64,000 bases of DNA from Eledone cirrhosa (GCA_964016885.1 OZ024758.1:9858001-9922000), one strand, 5' to 3'. Numbered from the stretch's first letter, positions 1 through 13,501 are shown. Numbers and translations: made by a program. The notes: a model not told the origin generated them from the letters alone.

Positions 1-355
1 CTGAAAATAATATTGATCCCCCTTGGAGGGCTTGCATGTATATAAGAAGCCAGTGTTCGGCGAAACTTTCAAGTACAACACTTACTGATGGTAATAAAAC
101 AAATATATATATTATTTTTACTCTACAACCGGTATTGAGTCGTTCATCAGTGAGTGATACTGTACTCAAGTACACATGTCCTGATGACAGACGATTTTAT
201 GTGTATTCGAAGCTGAGATTTACTCAGTCATTATTCGTCTCGCATTCTTGAATAAATAAACCCCACTAAATGTACAAATACGTTTCTCTCTCTCTCTCTC
301 TGGTTTATACATCCGAACGTACGTATGTATGTATATATATATATACATCCGAACG

Positions 356-414
<59 letters not shown>

Positions 415-1789
415 TTTGGGAGGGTTATGCTGCCAATAAAAACACACACACGCATCTGTTGGGTTTCACTTCAATTTATTATAATTTCTTTGGTGCGTGT
501 GTGTTTGTTTTATTGGCTGTATGACCCTACCAAAGTATAACAATATCTGTTTCAACATACGTTTTCAGATTTTAAAAAAAGATGCAAAATGATATATATA
601 TATACATACATACATATACACCACATGCATAATTCGACTAATTCAGTAACCTGTTGCTCCGGAGTTTCCCCGGCGTGTAGTCGGTTTCTCAAACAGCGAA
701 AAAATAGATTTAAATCCACCTGAAATAAACGAGTGACTCTTTCGATACCAAACCTACCTTGATTATATTTTATGATGCTTATTTTACGTAAGAATCTTTG
801 TTTAATTATGCTCCAAATGCCAACTTAATAATGCGAAAGTTAGTTATATTATTGGTAAATGTCTCAAAATTCTTGATTATTTTCAAAATTATTTGAAAAC
901 GATAGGCAATTAGAAATTGTTAATGAAAGGGTTTTTATATTATCGAATTCCTTTTCTTCCGTTCGTTAATACCAACGGGTGTGTGTGTGTGATTTAATAG
1001 TAACTTGTCTGAGGTGTAAATAAAGGCATTAAGAAGGAAAGAAAATAGAAATAAAGACAAGAGAAAGGGAAGAAGTTACGGAAAGCCCGACTGACTACTA
1101 TTTTACTTCAACTTATGTTTTATTGTGATAGACCCACGGTCTTTTTAATGTAAGAAACCATACAATTGATTAATTAAATTGATCGTTATATAGTAATTGT
1201 TATCGGGACTGGTGGTGAAGCCACTTCAACTTTAGCGGGATTGAATACTAAAGTGTGGAGCAAAGCATCTAGTTTGGAACCTTACAAGTGTCAATAGAGT
1301 TTTTTTACATTGACAATATTTTAATTAGAGGGGAAAGGGGAGTATAGAGAAGTTATATCTTTCGCCAGTGCATTATAGTGATAGGGGTGAGCCACTGCGT
1401 GGTCACACACCAAGGCTAGAAATATAAGCCAAATTTCCCTCATCTTCCACCATACTATCTTTAGAAAACATCGAAAATACAGATTTCTAATATAAGCACA
1501 AAGCCACGAATTTAGGGGAACAGTTATAGCTTAGCACATTGATAAACAATACTTGACTGGTCGTTTATTTTATCAACACCGAACAATGGTTTCTAATTTA
1601 GGCACAAGCCCAGCAGCTTCAAGAGACAGTCAATTAAATTGAGTCGTCTCTCTGGGGAAATTTAGTTTCAAGTACGCTAAAAAGCTATATAGCTAAATAC
1701 TGCTAGCCATTTTCGTCCGGAGCTCTACCAGTCCGCTGTCCTTAACCAGCACAGTGCATTGAAATGAGCTCATAGATTCGGTTCACTGG

Positions 1790-1997
1790 AGATATTGAGT
1801 TCTAATTGCGGGAGGATATAGATCAATTGCATTTTGGGAGAGGTGGGCCGGATATAAGGTTCTTGTCAGTGTTAGCTGCTCACCTTTCCGACGTATCAAG
1901 TGATGCTCGCGAAGGTACTTGGTTATTCCTGCATCTTAGCTTCCCTATAACCTGCAGCAATGCTGCGAGTGTATTGGCTTGTCTCAAAAATTATTAG
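1790..1997 (+). mobile_element. Decayed 3' fragment of a CRE-like (RLE-type) non-LTR retrotransposon
   Basis: Translation ...DAREGTWLFLHLSFPITCSNAASVLACLK resembles the E..WL.QR.S.AI.RGNA.S(V/I)L C-terminus of CRE-type elements; related to 18150 and 52490. Confidence 0.5.
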
Positions 1998-2164
1998 AGG
2001 GAAACTACAGCTCACTTTGTGAGAGGGTCTTAGACTTTTTTTAATTAATTGTGTTTAACAAATTGAACCCAGTATTAAATGGGGCGTTATTTTATCGAGC
2101 CCTTCCCCATCGGAAAGATAAATGCGAAATCAATTTCAGCGGGACTTGAACTCATAACCGTAAC

Positions 2165-3032
2165 GGGCCATAAAGTTTGAGTTTTTCTACTCGACCTCCA
2201 TAGTCAAGGCCTGGCATGCCATCTATCTTTTTCGTGATTGACCTCTGAGGAGCTTCAATTTTCATGATACTTTGTTTCGTGTTGGGAGACCACAGTGGAC
2301 AACAGTATTCAAGGTCTGGCAAAAGTGGAGAAGAGAAGGATAAGTGTGGATATTTCTCGACTGGAAGGTTCTGAGAATCCAAGAACACATTCTGTGGGCC
2401 ATGTCAACTTTGCTGTTTATATGAGTGGCCCAACTTATGTTGTTGTCCACAATTACTCCCAAGTTTCTGATGTTGTTGGATGCCATGAGAGTTTCACCTG
2501 AAGGAAGGAATTATGGGAGTTTCAGGGCATCCTCTTTTCCAAGATGGATTAACTCGAATTTATCCTCATTCAGCAGCATATTGTTCTTTTCCTCCCATTG
2601 GATAACAGCCAGTAGATCTGATTGGAAGCATATCCGGTCAACCACGCCATGGAGCTTGAGATCATCTGCAAAGAGTCTTATGCTGCTATGTTTGATGACA
2701 TCAGTTATGTCATTAATGTAGATGATGAAAAGAAGTGGGCCCAACACAGTGCCTTGTGGAACACCACTACTGACCTTGGCTGGGCTCTTATTGGGCTCTG
2801 TTTGACAGGAAACACTTGATCCACTGCAGCAACTTTCCACTGTTGGCTAGTTTTCTCAGTAGAATGTTGTGATCAACCCTGTCAAAGGCCTTGCCGAAAT
2901 CAAGGCAGATGATATTAGTATTGGAGCCCTCTCCCAAATATCTCAGAATGTTGTCAAAGTGATGCAGTAGCTGCGTTAGGCAATCCCTTCCATTACAGAA
3001 CCCATGTTGGTTGGAGTTCAGCAGATTGTTGC
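2165..3032 (-). mobile_element. Decayed CR1/L2-group LINE reverse transcriptase fragment
   Basis: Minus-strand motifs NQHGF, LDFGKAFDRVDH, SGVPQGTVLGPLLFIIYIND, LFADDLKL, NLGVIVD, LEYCCPLWSP, with frameshifts and an internal deletion. Confidence 0.92.
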
Positions 3033-3150
3033 TATATATATATATATTTAAAGGTTAAACAAGGTTCAATGAATAAATCAAAGAATGAGTTTTACTACCA
3101 TGACTGAATCTTAACCATCTACTATGTCAGGGTATGTCATGCATCATCTT

Positions 3151-3215
3151 ATTTTATCTGATGAGGACGTACTGTTGAAGTTAGCTCAGTACCTCTGAAA
3201 TATGTATAATAAAAT
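3151..3215 (+). ncRNA. Type I hammerhead ribozyme fold in a (TA)n-flanked cassette (about 3048-3260)
   Basis: Stem I attttat/ataaaat; CTGATGA 3158-3164; stem II gga-c-gtactg/cagtac-c-tct; GAAA 3197-3200; short near-palindromic stem III region tatgta; AUA cleavage triplet. Confidence 0.8.
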
Positions 3216-3280
3216 ATACTTGATCACAAGAATGTCTATTTTTGTTAATATTTTGAATTAATATATATATATATATATTA

Positions 3281-3620
3281 AGGAGGCACATGGCTTAGTG
3301 ATTAGAGCATTGGCCTTGCAATCGAAAGGTTGTGAGTTCAATTCTCAGACCGGGTGATGTGTTGTTTCCTTGAGCAAGGCACTTTATTTCACATTGCTCC
3401 AGTTTACTCAGCTGTAGAAATGAGATGATAGGGACTGGGGTCCCTATCATTCCACTGCAAAGTGGTTTTGGAGGTGCCACGGCAAAAAAGCACCCAGCAC
3501 TCACTGTAAATGAGGTTGGTGTTAGGAAGGGCATCCAGCTGTAGAAATCGAGCCAGAATCAGTTCCCGTCCTACCCTTGCAAGCAGGGAAAAGTGGACGT
3601 AAAATGAAATGAAAATGAAT
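3281..3620 (+). mobile_element. tRNA-derived SINE (family B) with RTE-like 3' tail
   Basis: A-box-like tggcttagtgattagagc and B-box-like gagttcaattct; body ttccttgagcaaggcactt; tail aggaagggcatccagctgtagaaa...tggacgtaaaatga; a fragment recurs at about 9518-9612 (-). Confidence 0.75.
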
Positions 3621-4039
3621 GAATATATATATATATACACAAGTGGAAGCTTTGTAAAATCGAAGCTTTGGCTGTGGCCAAGCAAAGTCGACCTACAATA
3701 AGGAATGAGTAGCAAAGCACTCAATAAGGGTAGGTCCTTAGAGAAATAACATTGTTTAAATAGCTTGACAAATTGAAAATTGCGGTAGGCAAAACCCAAC
3801 CATACAATACCAATACAACGAAAGAACTAATCAGATATATATACACACACACACACACACAGAGAGAGAGGGTGAGAGTGTACATTACCTCTCTCACCTT
3901 ACAGCCCCTTTCCATTTCTCTTGAAAAGCTTGAGAAATGGAAATCTTGGAGATATCCACACCCTTCCTCCCTCCTTTTCATTCTCCTTTTTCAATACCAC
4001 TTTTCTACCTCGCTGTGTAATTCTCCTCTCCGTTTGTAT

Positions 4040-4545
4040 CGGCACAAGGCCAGCAATTACCCCCAGTACATTACTGGTGCTTTATTTTATTGACCCTGTA
4101 AGGATGAAAGGCGAAGTTAACCTCGGCGGGATTTGGACTGAGACTGTAAAGGGCCGCAACTCTATGCTTCAAGCATGGCATCTGGCTCTCTACCAATCCA
4201 GCCAATTCACCGTCCTCTATGTATCTCTGAGCCTATCTATGTTTCCTCAGTCTATCTATAATGTATATATCTATCATTGCCTCTCTCATCTCCCTCAAAT
4301 AATTGTTTCTACTTTAGGCACAAGGCCAGCAATTATCCCAGTACATTACTGGTACTTTATTTTATCGACCCCCCGTAAGGATGAAAGGCAAAGTCAACCT
4401 CGGCGGGATTTGAACTCAGACTATAATGTGTATATATATCATTAAATCCCGCCGAGGTTAACTTTGCCTTACGGGTTCGATAAAATAAAGTACCAGTAAT
4501 ACACTGGGTAATTGCTGGCCTTGTGCCAAAAGTAGAAACAATTAT
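4040..4545. mobile_element. Three copies of young tRNA-derived SINE family A: 4040-4212 (-), 4299-4421 (-), 4444-4545 (+)
   Basis: Match to window consensus ggattggcagtatcggtagag...gagttcaaatcccgccgagg...gcctttcatccttacggggtcgataaaataaagtaccag...gtagaaacaattat. Confidence 0.85.
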
Positions 4546-4565
4546 TGTGAGTATTTGAATCTTGC

Positions 4566-4805
4566 CTGGTGACTCGCCATTGAAACAGCTAAAGCTCAGC
4601 TGTCAAGGAGTAACTGATTACTATACCTCCACTATATTATCGATTATTAACCTGAACACTGATCTTATTACCGATCACTCTCTAATGGCTGGCTAAACAT
4701 ACATGCCTTTTCTCAAAAAATGTTTTTCTATTTCTTTCTCTTTCTATTTTACTTTTTATTTCTCATTCTTTTTCTGATGAAGGACTAGTACCCAAAACGT
4801 AAATA
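4566..4805 (+). ncRNA. Two degenerate hammerhead-like motifs (4566-4604 and 4774-4803)
   Basis: ctggtga...GAAAcagc..gctgTC with a perfect stem III but poor stems I and II; ctgatga agg..cc(c)aaaacgta with GAAA mutated to AAAA. Confidence 0.35.
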
Positions 4806-5075
4806 CTTTTCCTACTCTATATATTTATATATACATACACACATGTCATCATCATCATTTAATGTCCATTTTCCATGCTTGCATGGGTTTCATGGGTTGT
4901 CAGGTTACGAGACAATTTAACTGAGGTGGCCTATGTCTTGCTCATATGGATCTGTATTTTGACTTCTTTTCTATGGCTGGATGTTCTTCTTAATGCCAAC
5001 CCTGTTAGAGTGGACTGGGTGTTTTTTTTTTATCATGGAACCAAAATGACCTTCCAACAGGATGAACTGGGTAGT

Positions 5076-5570
5076 TTTTGTCATGTCACCAACACAACCA
5101 CCTTATAGTGTGGACTAAATGGTATTTGTCATGTCACCAGCACGACCACCTTACAGAGTGGACTGGGTGCTTTTTGTCATGTCACCAGCACAACCACCTT
5201 ATAGTGTGGACTAAATGGTATTTGTCATGTCACCAGCACGACCACCTTACAGAGTGGACTGGGTGCTTTTTGTCATGTCACCAGCACAACCACCTTATAG
5301 TGTGGACTAAATGGTATTTGTCATGTCACCAGCACGACCACCTTACAGAGTGGACTGGGTGCTTTTTGTCATGTCACCAGCACAACCACCTTATAGTGTG
5401 GACTAAATAGTATTTGTCATGTCACCAGTACGACCACCTTACAGAGTGGACTGGGTGCTTTTTGTCATGTCACCAGCACAACTGCTTTAAGGAGTGAACT
5501 GAGCACTTTTTGAATGTCATCTGCACAACCACCTTACAGGGAGCACTGGGTGCTCTTTTCTCATGTCACC
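5076..5570. repeat. Minisatellite with 48-bp monomer and 96-bp dimer, derived from a SINE tail segment
   Basis: Alternating ttgtcatgtcaccagcacaaccaccttatagtgtggactaaatggtat and ...cacgaccaccttacagagtggactgggtgcttt; continues a SINE tail starting at about 4847. Confidence 0.9.
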
Positions 5571-8500
5571 GACATGTCTTGATATTTTGTTATTGTGAAT
5601 GCTTCATAGGATTCTTCAGCAATGTTATTGGTGTTCCTGCTTTTGGTACATTGATGGTTCATTGGTGATAAAAACGGCATGGAATCTGTAGAGATGATCC
5701 TTCTTTCAGAAGTTGTCAAGCTTTTCAGTTTGTTAATGTCAAGTGTCTACCATAGTAACAGCCCCTTCTCTATATACTTGTCTCTAGTTCTTATAATATT
5801 TAACCCATTCGATACCAAACCACCTGAAACCCTCCTGGCTTTCTGATACGTAAATATATACTTAGTAAAATTAACAAAGAGAAGACAACAAACGAAAACA
5901 GGGCAAAACGAAAAACAATTTTAAAAATACAAACAAAAGACTTAGGAAAATTAACAAAGAGAAGACAAGACAACAAACGAAAACAGGGCAAAACGAAAAA
6001 CAATTTTAAAAATACAAACAAAAGACACAGAACTCCGTATATATATATATATAGTAATAATAATAAATTTGAAGACTAAAATATATATATATATATATAC
6101 ACACACATACACACACACACACAAACATACTGGCCTTCGATCATAATTTGTTAGGCTTCAAATACCAGCTTTAAAAAAGAGTTAAAGAGATGGCAGCACT
6201 AAACTAAACTAACAATGTTTAGTTGGTATTGTTAATGTGCCGTAGATCACTCCAGTTCCAGCAGACCAAAAATCAAGGAATTTTCAGTAGACAATATATC
6301 GAGGACTGCATATTTATCTTTTGTTTTTTTAAGTTTTTAGGGTGTGATATGAGGAAGACTTGGTTGATATTTCTTAAATGTTGAACAACCAAGTACAGGT
6401 ATCTCTTTTGAATTGTCAACAATTTATAGTTTTTGAATTCTGAGTTCAAATTGTGTAAAATATTAATTAATATAGTTAGATTATACCTTTTGATACTAAA
6501 CCACTTGCTATTGCTACCCTATCTATCTATCTTAGAACAATAAAATCAATAACTATCGATCCATCCATCTGTCTGTCTGTTTGTGTATGTATATGTCTGC
6601 CTTTTTTTTCTTTCTGTCTATCTATCTACCTGCTTATCTCCCTACAGCTATGTATGTATATTAACCAATGTATCAATCTTCGGACAATAAAACAATAACA
6701 ACAACAAAGCAGAAATCCCAATAGAAGTCCAAAGATAGTTACATAGATAGGACAAAGTAATCATAATTTAGTAGATATATATTTGATTAAAGAAAACATG
6801 GAAGGAAATTATTGTAATTGATTTAAATGAAAGTAAAATGAAATATGGTGATGACTGAAGTCACAAGGGGAAGATGGTCAAAGAAAACTCAAGGATTCAA
6901 CCATCTTTACATAGAATGCTGTAATCAAGTAATTAATAAATCAAATGTTTTACTACAAATTCTTTCTCTCTATATGTGTGGAAGGGTATCCAGCTGTAGA
7001 GGCCAGGTTCTGTATGAACAAAACACAGTCACCTGATCTGACTTCTCTCACAACAGAACAACTTGTCTAACCCATGCGGTGATGATTTTATATATATATA
7101 TATATACACACTTAAACCCTTTTCTTCTCTCTCCCCCTGTTTCCTATATATTTCTATATTGTCTTGATACACACAGCTGAAACACACAATCTTGAAACAC
7201 ATACCTGAATTATTTATTTTGGTTTTTCTTCAGTCTATCTTCTGTTTGCCTTTTCTCTTTCGTTGTTCTTCAAATTCTCTTCAATATCTCAACTAAATTT
7301 GTCTTCAGTTGAAAATCACACCTGTTGATTGAAGTTTCTTTTCAGTCTTCTTCAATTTTAAACTACTTTCACTCAATCTTCAGACACTCTTCTATCTTTG
7401 GTTTATTCTTCGTTTCTCTCCAGTTTTATTTTTCAACCTGATTTGTAAGTATTTCAAATCTCTACCTTCAGTCTATCTTCCACATATCTCTTCAACGTTT
7501 CTTTGATGTCTATTTTACTTGTCTTAGGAAAAATTTCAATTTGTCTTCAGCATCTCTTCAACTTGTCTTCAGTGTATATTCAACTTGTCTTCAGTGTATA
7601 TTCAGCTTGTGTTATATTTATCAAATCTACCTGTTTTCAGCCTGCCACCCTTTAGATGATCTCCAACAGAAATCTGATTTCTTTTTGGAAGTGACAAACC
7701 ATGAACCCTATTTTATATAACTATAAAGTGAGTGTATATGTGTGAATGTGTCTATTTTTGTAAGCGCGTATGTATATATATATAAATATATATAGTGCCT
7801 GTGTAAAAATGTTTTTATGAGTATTTGCATATATATGTGTATGTCTACAGTCATGTGTTTTTGTATTTGTGTACATATCTAAATACATTTGTATGTGGCT
7901 AATCATTTAACCATATAGAACTGTGTATAAAAATAGAACTCTCTAATGAAATTGTTCAGTAACCATCCTTAAATCAAATGGTTCTTTTCTCCACATGAAT
8001 CTTACAGGAGAGAAAAAGCTGTGGTGTGGGTGGTGGTAGTGGTGTATGTATGTGGGTGCATGCCTTATACATCACTGAGACTTTGTTCTGTTGACCAATG
8101 TTAGTAATGGTGGTGGTGGTGATTGGCAGTGGTGGTGACAGTGGTGGTGACAGTGGTGGTGACAGTGGTGGTGGTATGTGATAAGAACTGATAAAAAAAA
8201 GTCAATCCTGATCTGTCATAGATTACATAATTACACTAATCCTTATTGGTAAGATGACAGAAGACTGTGATTCAACTTTTTAACAAATCACTCAGTTTAA
8301 TAACTAATTCCATCAACCTTACTCTCTTTTTAAAATTATATATTTTTTCTTCATTTCTTAATTTATTTTTGTTAAAATCTTATCTTTTCATTCTTCTTTT
8401 GTTTGTTGTGATTATATTTTTCTAGGTATGGTAGGTGTGAAGTGTTTTTTTTGTTTTTTACAGTGCTATATAGATAAAAATAGGAATGAAATTAAAGTGT

Positions 8501-9713
8501 GTGGTGGGGGGGGGGTAGAAAGCCTCTAGACTTAGTTGTTGTTTAACCCAATATCAGCTTTGACCAGACAAATTAATGATCAAATCTATTCCAGACGTGA
8601 TTAATCCAAGCTAGTATTTCTAGAACTACATCATCATCCTTCTCTTCTTTAAGACTTTAGGGTGTGATATGAGAGAGATTTGGCTCCTATTTCTAGCTAG
8701 TCGAGTGACAATATTGAAGATTCCTTTTCTATTTTGATATATATTTGTTTCTTTTCTGAATGTTCCAATATCACTTTTGACACATTAATTTTACTTTTTA
8801 TTCCCAACCTTTGATTGCTATAAATAAAGTACCTGTGATACCCTTGGGTCCAAATCATTTACTAAAATTTATTTTCATGTCATTTCTCTGATTTGATACT
8901 AAGTATATTACATGTGTATTATACATTTAATAACTGGATATTATTATATAAAATTTGTAAAAAAATAATATTTAAAAAATATTTAAATATATTTCTTAAT
9001 AGCCAAAGGTCAGCCTCGATCCAACACACCTATGATTGAAAATGTCCAAACTGTTAATGTCTTTTTCTATATCAATGACTACTTTGTTCGGTGTATCCTA
9101 TATTTATGATGATAGGGTGTGATTTGAGAGAAATTTGGCTGCTATTTCTAGCAGATAGAATGACTCTGTACAGGTTTCCTTATTTAATCATTGACAGACT
9201 AAAATAGAGATAGATTATTTATCTATTTGTTTGTTTATTTATTTATTTTATTGTATATCATAAAAATAAACTCGTTATTTGTGAGATGAAGTTGCTGGAC
9301 TACTTATTAACTACAGTCATGAGTTCAATCTATAGATGTACTATTTTGCCCTATAAATCTGGGAATAATTATTATAGTGTTGATTTTAGAATGTGTTCAA
9401 TGAGAATACTAGTGGCAGCTTTGTGTGTGTGTGTGTGTGACAATTCACACCTATGCAGGTTTAGCTGGCCTCCTCCAAGGTATATCTCGTTGGAGGTGTC
9501 TTGGGTGATTTAATGATATGGACCCCAGTCCCTATCATCTCATTTCTACAGCTGAGTAAACTGGAGCAACGTGAAATAAAGTGTCTTGCTCAAGGAAAAC
9601 AACACATCACCCGGCCTATATGAGCGAGACAAGGGTGACCGTGTCCCTTAATTGTACAAACCCGTCTAACCCATGCTAACGTGGAAGATGGACGTTAAAC
9701 GATGATGATGATA

Positions 9714-9754
<41 letters not shown>

Positions 9755-9817
9755 TTGTACACACATACTTATATGTATACAGCTATTGGAGCAAAAACCT
9801 TAAATATATATACATAT

Positions 9818-10179
9818 ATATACGATATTAATAAATGGAAACTATATTTATAAAACCATATTTATTTCATTATACATATTTCAGGGATACCAAATTAAAT
9901 TATGGTATGCCTTCATCAGACAAAATACAATATATAACAGTTTTACAAATAAGCTTTGACGTACCCTTTTAAAATGCAACCATTATTTTTGGAAGCCATC
10001 TTGTATGACTTATTAAAATAATATAAACAACTCACTATCAAAGCTTATTTGTAAAACTCTTATATATTGTATTTTGTCTGATGAAGGCATACCATAATTT
10101 AATTTGGTATCCCTGAAATATGTATAATGAAATAAATATGGTTTTATAAATATAGTTTCCATTTATTAATATCGTATAT
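9818..10179. mobile_element. Fold-back cassette (about 140-bp inverted arms, about 78-bp spacer) with a hammerhead in each arm; Penelope pLTR-like
   Basis: Arms 9821-9959 and 10038-10176 are near-perfect reverse complements; flanked by TA tracts; homolog at 36760-37095. Confidence 0.75.
10071..10133 (+). ncRNA. Type I hammerhead ribozyme fold (mirror copy at 9864-9926, minus strand)
   Basis: Stem I attttgt/atgaaat; CTGATGA 10078-10084; stem II agg-c-atacca/tggtat-c-cct; GAAA 10115-10118; tatgtATA. Confidence 0.8.
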
Positions 10180-11019
10180 CTACTCCAAATACTTGTTGAG
10201 TGCTTTATATTAGTTATAAAAATATTTACTTGTTGTATCCCAACAATTTTAAATAGAACTTTTGCATATATACATATATATATATATATATTTAAGGTGT
10301 TATATATATATAAACAAACACGTGCACACACACACACACTATATATATATATATATATATAAACACACAGGTGCACACAAACACACACATATATATTCAT
10401 AAACACACACATGTATATATTGTTCTATGCACTTCCCACTTCATGGTTGAGTGATTGATAACTAAGTATTAGAAAAACACACTCAAGCATGAAAAAAAAT
10501 ACTGATTCAACAATTCATATATATATATGCACATATCTAGTGTTAACAACAACAAAACCTCAACACAAGAAGAATTCACCATCCCATATATACCCACCCA
10601 CCCAGCCAACCCCATATTTGAAATGTAAAAGAGACTCTTACAAAGAAAAAATGTCAAAGAAAGTAATTTTTATTTTTAGTAACTTTCAAAAAGTTACTGT
10701 TCTCTCCAAAAAAATGTTCCCCCTTTCAAATCCAAATTTTCTGAAACCCACCTGATTCTATGATACAAAGCTGTTTATTTTAAAGTGTGTATATGTTTCT
10801 AAAGACTTTTCATCATAATTTTCTGTAGATTTGTTAAGTTATACACCAAACACAAGCTTTATAATGTGGGGAGTTATATTACTAGATCCCTTCAATATAT
10901 ATCTCAAGGAGAAGATTATGGAAGTTGAAGAACCCCACAACCAGTAACATTTAAAAGCATATTACTTGATGTTTTTGACCATAAGGAATAGTATGTCTCT
11001 AATTGTAGCAAGGGCCCAC

Positions 11020-11382
11020 TGGATACTAGCTCCTTCTATTGCCTAGATGGTTTTATAGAAATAGTAGACACTTTCTGTTAGCTGGGTGATATAATCAGCA
11101 GTGGAGGAGGGTGTTCTGAAAGTACAGCATCCAGAGTTAGAACAGGGTGGAAAATGTTTAGAGAGCTAATGCCACTGATGGCCACAAAAGGTTTCTATCT
11201 AAAAATGAAAGGTAGATTGTATGATGCTTGTATACGAACGGCAATATTACATGGTGGTGAGACCTGGGCGTTGTATGCAGAAGACTTGCGTAGATTAGAA
11301 AGAAACGAAGCTTGCATGTTCCGATGGATGTGTAATAGTAATATATGCGAACGGCTAAGCATAAACAAATTGAGAGAGCGCA
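11020..11382 (+). mobile_element. RTE-clade LINE fragment (RT C-terminal region)
   Basis: IVDTFC*LGDIISSGGGCSE..RVRTGWKMFREL..KGRLYDACIRTAILHGGETWAL..LRRLERNE..MFRWMCN. Confidence 0.85.
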
Positions 11383-11384
11383 TT

Positions 11385-12110
11385 GTTCAGCGCATCGGTA
11401 GGGGTTCTCCTAAATGGATATGAAGTAGTGGCCGTACTCGAAAACGAGTTGACAGCCACCATATATATATGTATGTATATATATGTGTATGTATGTGTAT
11501 TGTGTCAGGTCACCAGTTGGTGCTACTGGTAACATGTATCCCAGTACAACCTGTCTCATGGTCGGGTCGTTGGCGACTAAACTGGCAACCCCACCAAGGT
11601 TTCTTGGTGAGGAGGGTGACTTTGGACATCCTGCAGGACTAAAAACAAAACCTGTCAAAAGGCAAAGGGGCTCTTAAGAGTCAATAGCCATCCAAAATCA
11701 CCGGGAGAGATGACCCCTTAGCCTTTGTCAAGGCAGAATTCTAGGAGAAGGAAAACTCTGATATAACACCTGCAACCCTGATGGTATCCAATGATGTTGA
11801 CTTGTTCTTCTTTTTGGTAAATATCATCTTGGTTAAGAGAGTGGGACTGGCTTTGTGCAGTGCCTTTGCTCACTATAAAAGCTTCACGGCACAGGCATTG
11901 CTTTATATCTGGAGATCTCTCTGCACTTGTCGTCACATGGTACCATGGGCCCAGCACTATGTGTCAATAATTGTCACAAGTGTAGTGTTTGTACCAGAGT
12001 TTTCAAGTCGCTGGCTGGACTAAAAAGTCACATTCGTTCAGCGCATTGGTAGGGGTTCTACATGGATATAAAGTAGTGGCCGTACTCGAAAACGAGTTGG
12101 CAGCCACCAT
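11385..12110. mobile_element. Unclassified non-coding interspersed element of about 600 bp, plus an upstream duplicate of its last 75 bp or so
   Basis: 11512-12110 is highly similar to 62469-63067; 11385-11460 repeats 12037-12110; both copies are bounded by TA/TG microsatellites. Confidence 0.8.
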
Positions 12111-12638
12111 GTATGTGTATATATATGTACATGTGTATATATATTTATATATATCCATATATATATATACATACATAATTATGTGTGTGTGTGTGTGTGT
12201 ATACATGTAGTTACATATGTGTGTATTGTGGGAATCTTTTATTTTAAAATTCTCATACATAGTAGCTGCATATGTTTGTGTAGGTATGTTGTATTCTCAT
12301 GTATATGTGCTATTTATAAAAACGATATCTATACCTCACAGAATGTCATGCAAGTAAAGGTGTGGTAAACCATGAGGTGCCACTTGAATGTGTCTACAGT
12401 ACAGCTACTCAGGCACCATTTCTCCAGTATCGTGTCTTAGGATTGTCACTTGGCTTAAAGCTCAGAGATAACACTCCTAGAGGCATTATAATATATATTA
12501 TGGGATTGATAAAATAAAGTACCAGTAATACACTGGGATAATTGCTGGCCTTGTGCCAAAAGTAGAAACAAATATATATTTAGATATTCCTTAAGAAAAA
12601 TCTCTGAGTAATCCATAAGTGGACCATTCAAAGATAAC

Positions 12639-13052
12639 TTAACCCTTTAGCATTCACATTATTTTATAAGGTGGATTGGCAGTATCGGTAGAGGGTCTGA
12701 CACCATACTTTGACGCATAGAGTTACGGCCCTTTCCATTCTGAGTTCAAATCCCGCCGAGGTCAACTTTGCCTTTCATCCTTACTGGGGTCGATAAAATA
12801 AAGTACCAGTAATGTACTGCGTAATTGCTGGCCTTGTGCCAAAAGTAGAAACAATTATTTTATATATACTATTATATTTTAATGGTAAAGGCTTTACCTC
12901 ACATAATTATCTCGCATAATATCGAATCTATCAGATTTTGAAAGTATTTATTTTGAAAACAATACCTTAACATCAGTTTGAGCGACCAGTTACAGCCAGT
13001 TTCAACAGAAAGAGGTAGAGAATTCTGGCCGGTTTGAACACTAAAGGGTTAA
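12639..13052 (+). mobile_element. piggyBac-type MITE with a nested SINE A (12669-12857)
   Basis: TTAA-ccctttagcatt...aacactaaaggg-TTAA termini; SINE flanked by the duplicated sequence attattttata. Confidence 0.8.
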
Positions 13053-13501
13053 GCTAACACCATGTAGTAACTCTCTTGTTTTCACCCGTTAACATTTTAT
13101 ACAGCCCACCTCCCACACCTGTATATGTACATTTCATCATCATTACCACCATGTAATGTCCATTTTCCATGGGATAGAGGAGTAGTCCCATTGTCAGACA
13201 AGTCAGATCAGGTGGCCATATCTTGCTCATACAGAACTGTTTCTGGGTTGGTTTCTATGGCTGGATGCTTTTCCTAATGTCAACCACATTTACAGTGTAA
13301 ACTGGGTGCATTTTGTTGTGACACCAAAACAGCCGCTTTACATTGAAATAATTAATAATTAGTAAATCTCTCCAAATTCTTCAATTATTAATTCAAATAC
13401 AGAATATTTTATTAAAAATACAATCATAAAGAGATTAAAAAAAATCCCTTTATAAATAATGGGATTTGTGTAAATAATATTGTTTCTAAAAAAGTATGTT
13501 T

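Noticed and set aside
110-250. CTGATGA motifs on both strands (181 +, 145 -) with stem-II-like pairing
   Set aside because: No GAAA, stem III or stem I at the required positions; at most very decayed
11505-11660. Possible HDV-like or twister ribozyme in the 600-bp element
   Set aside because: Partial motif resemblance only; the required pseudoknot topology could not be assembled by eye
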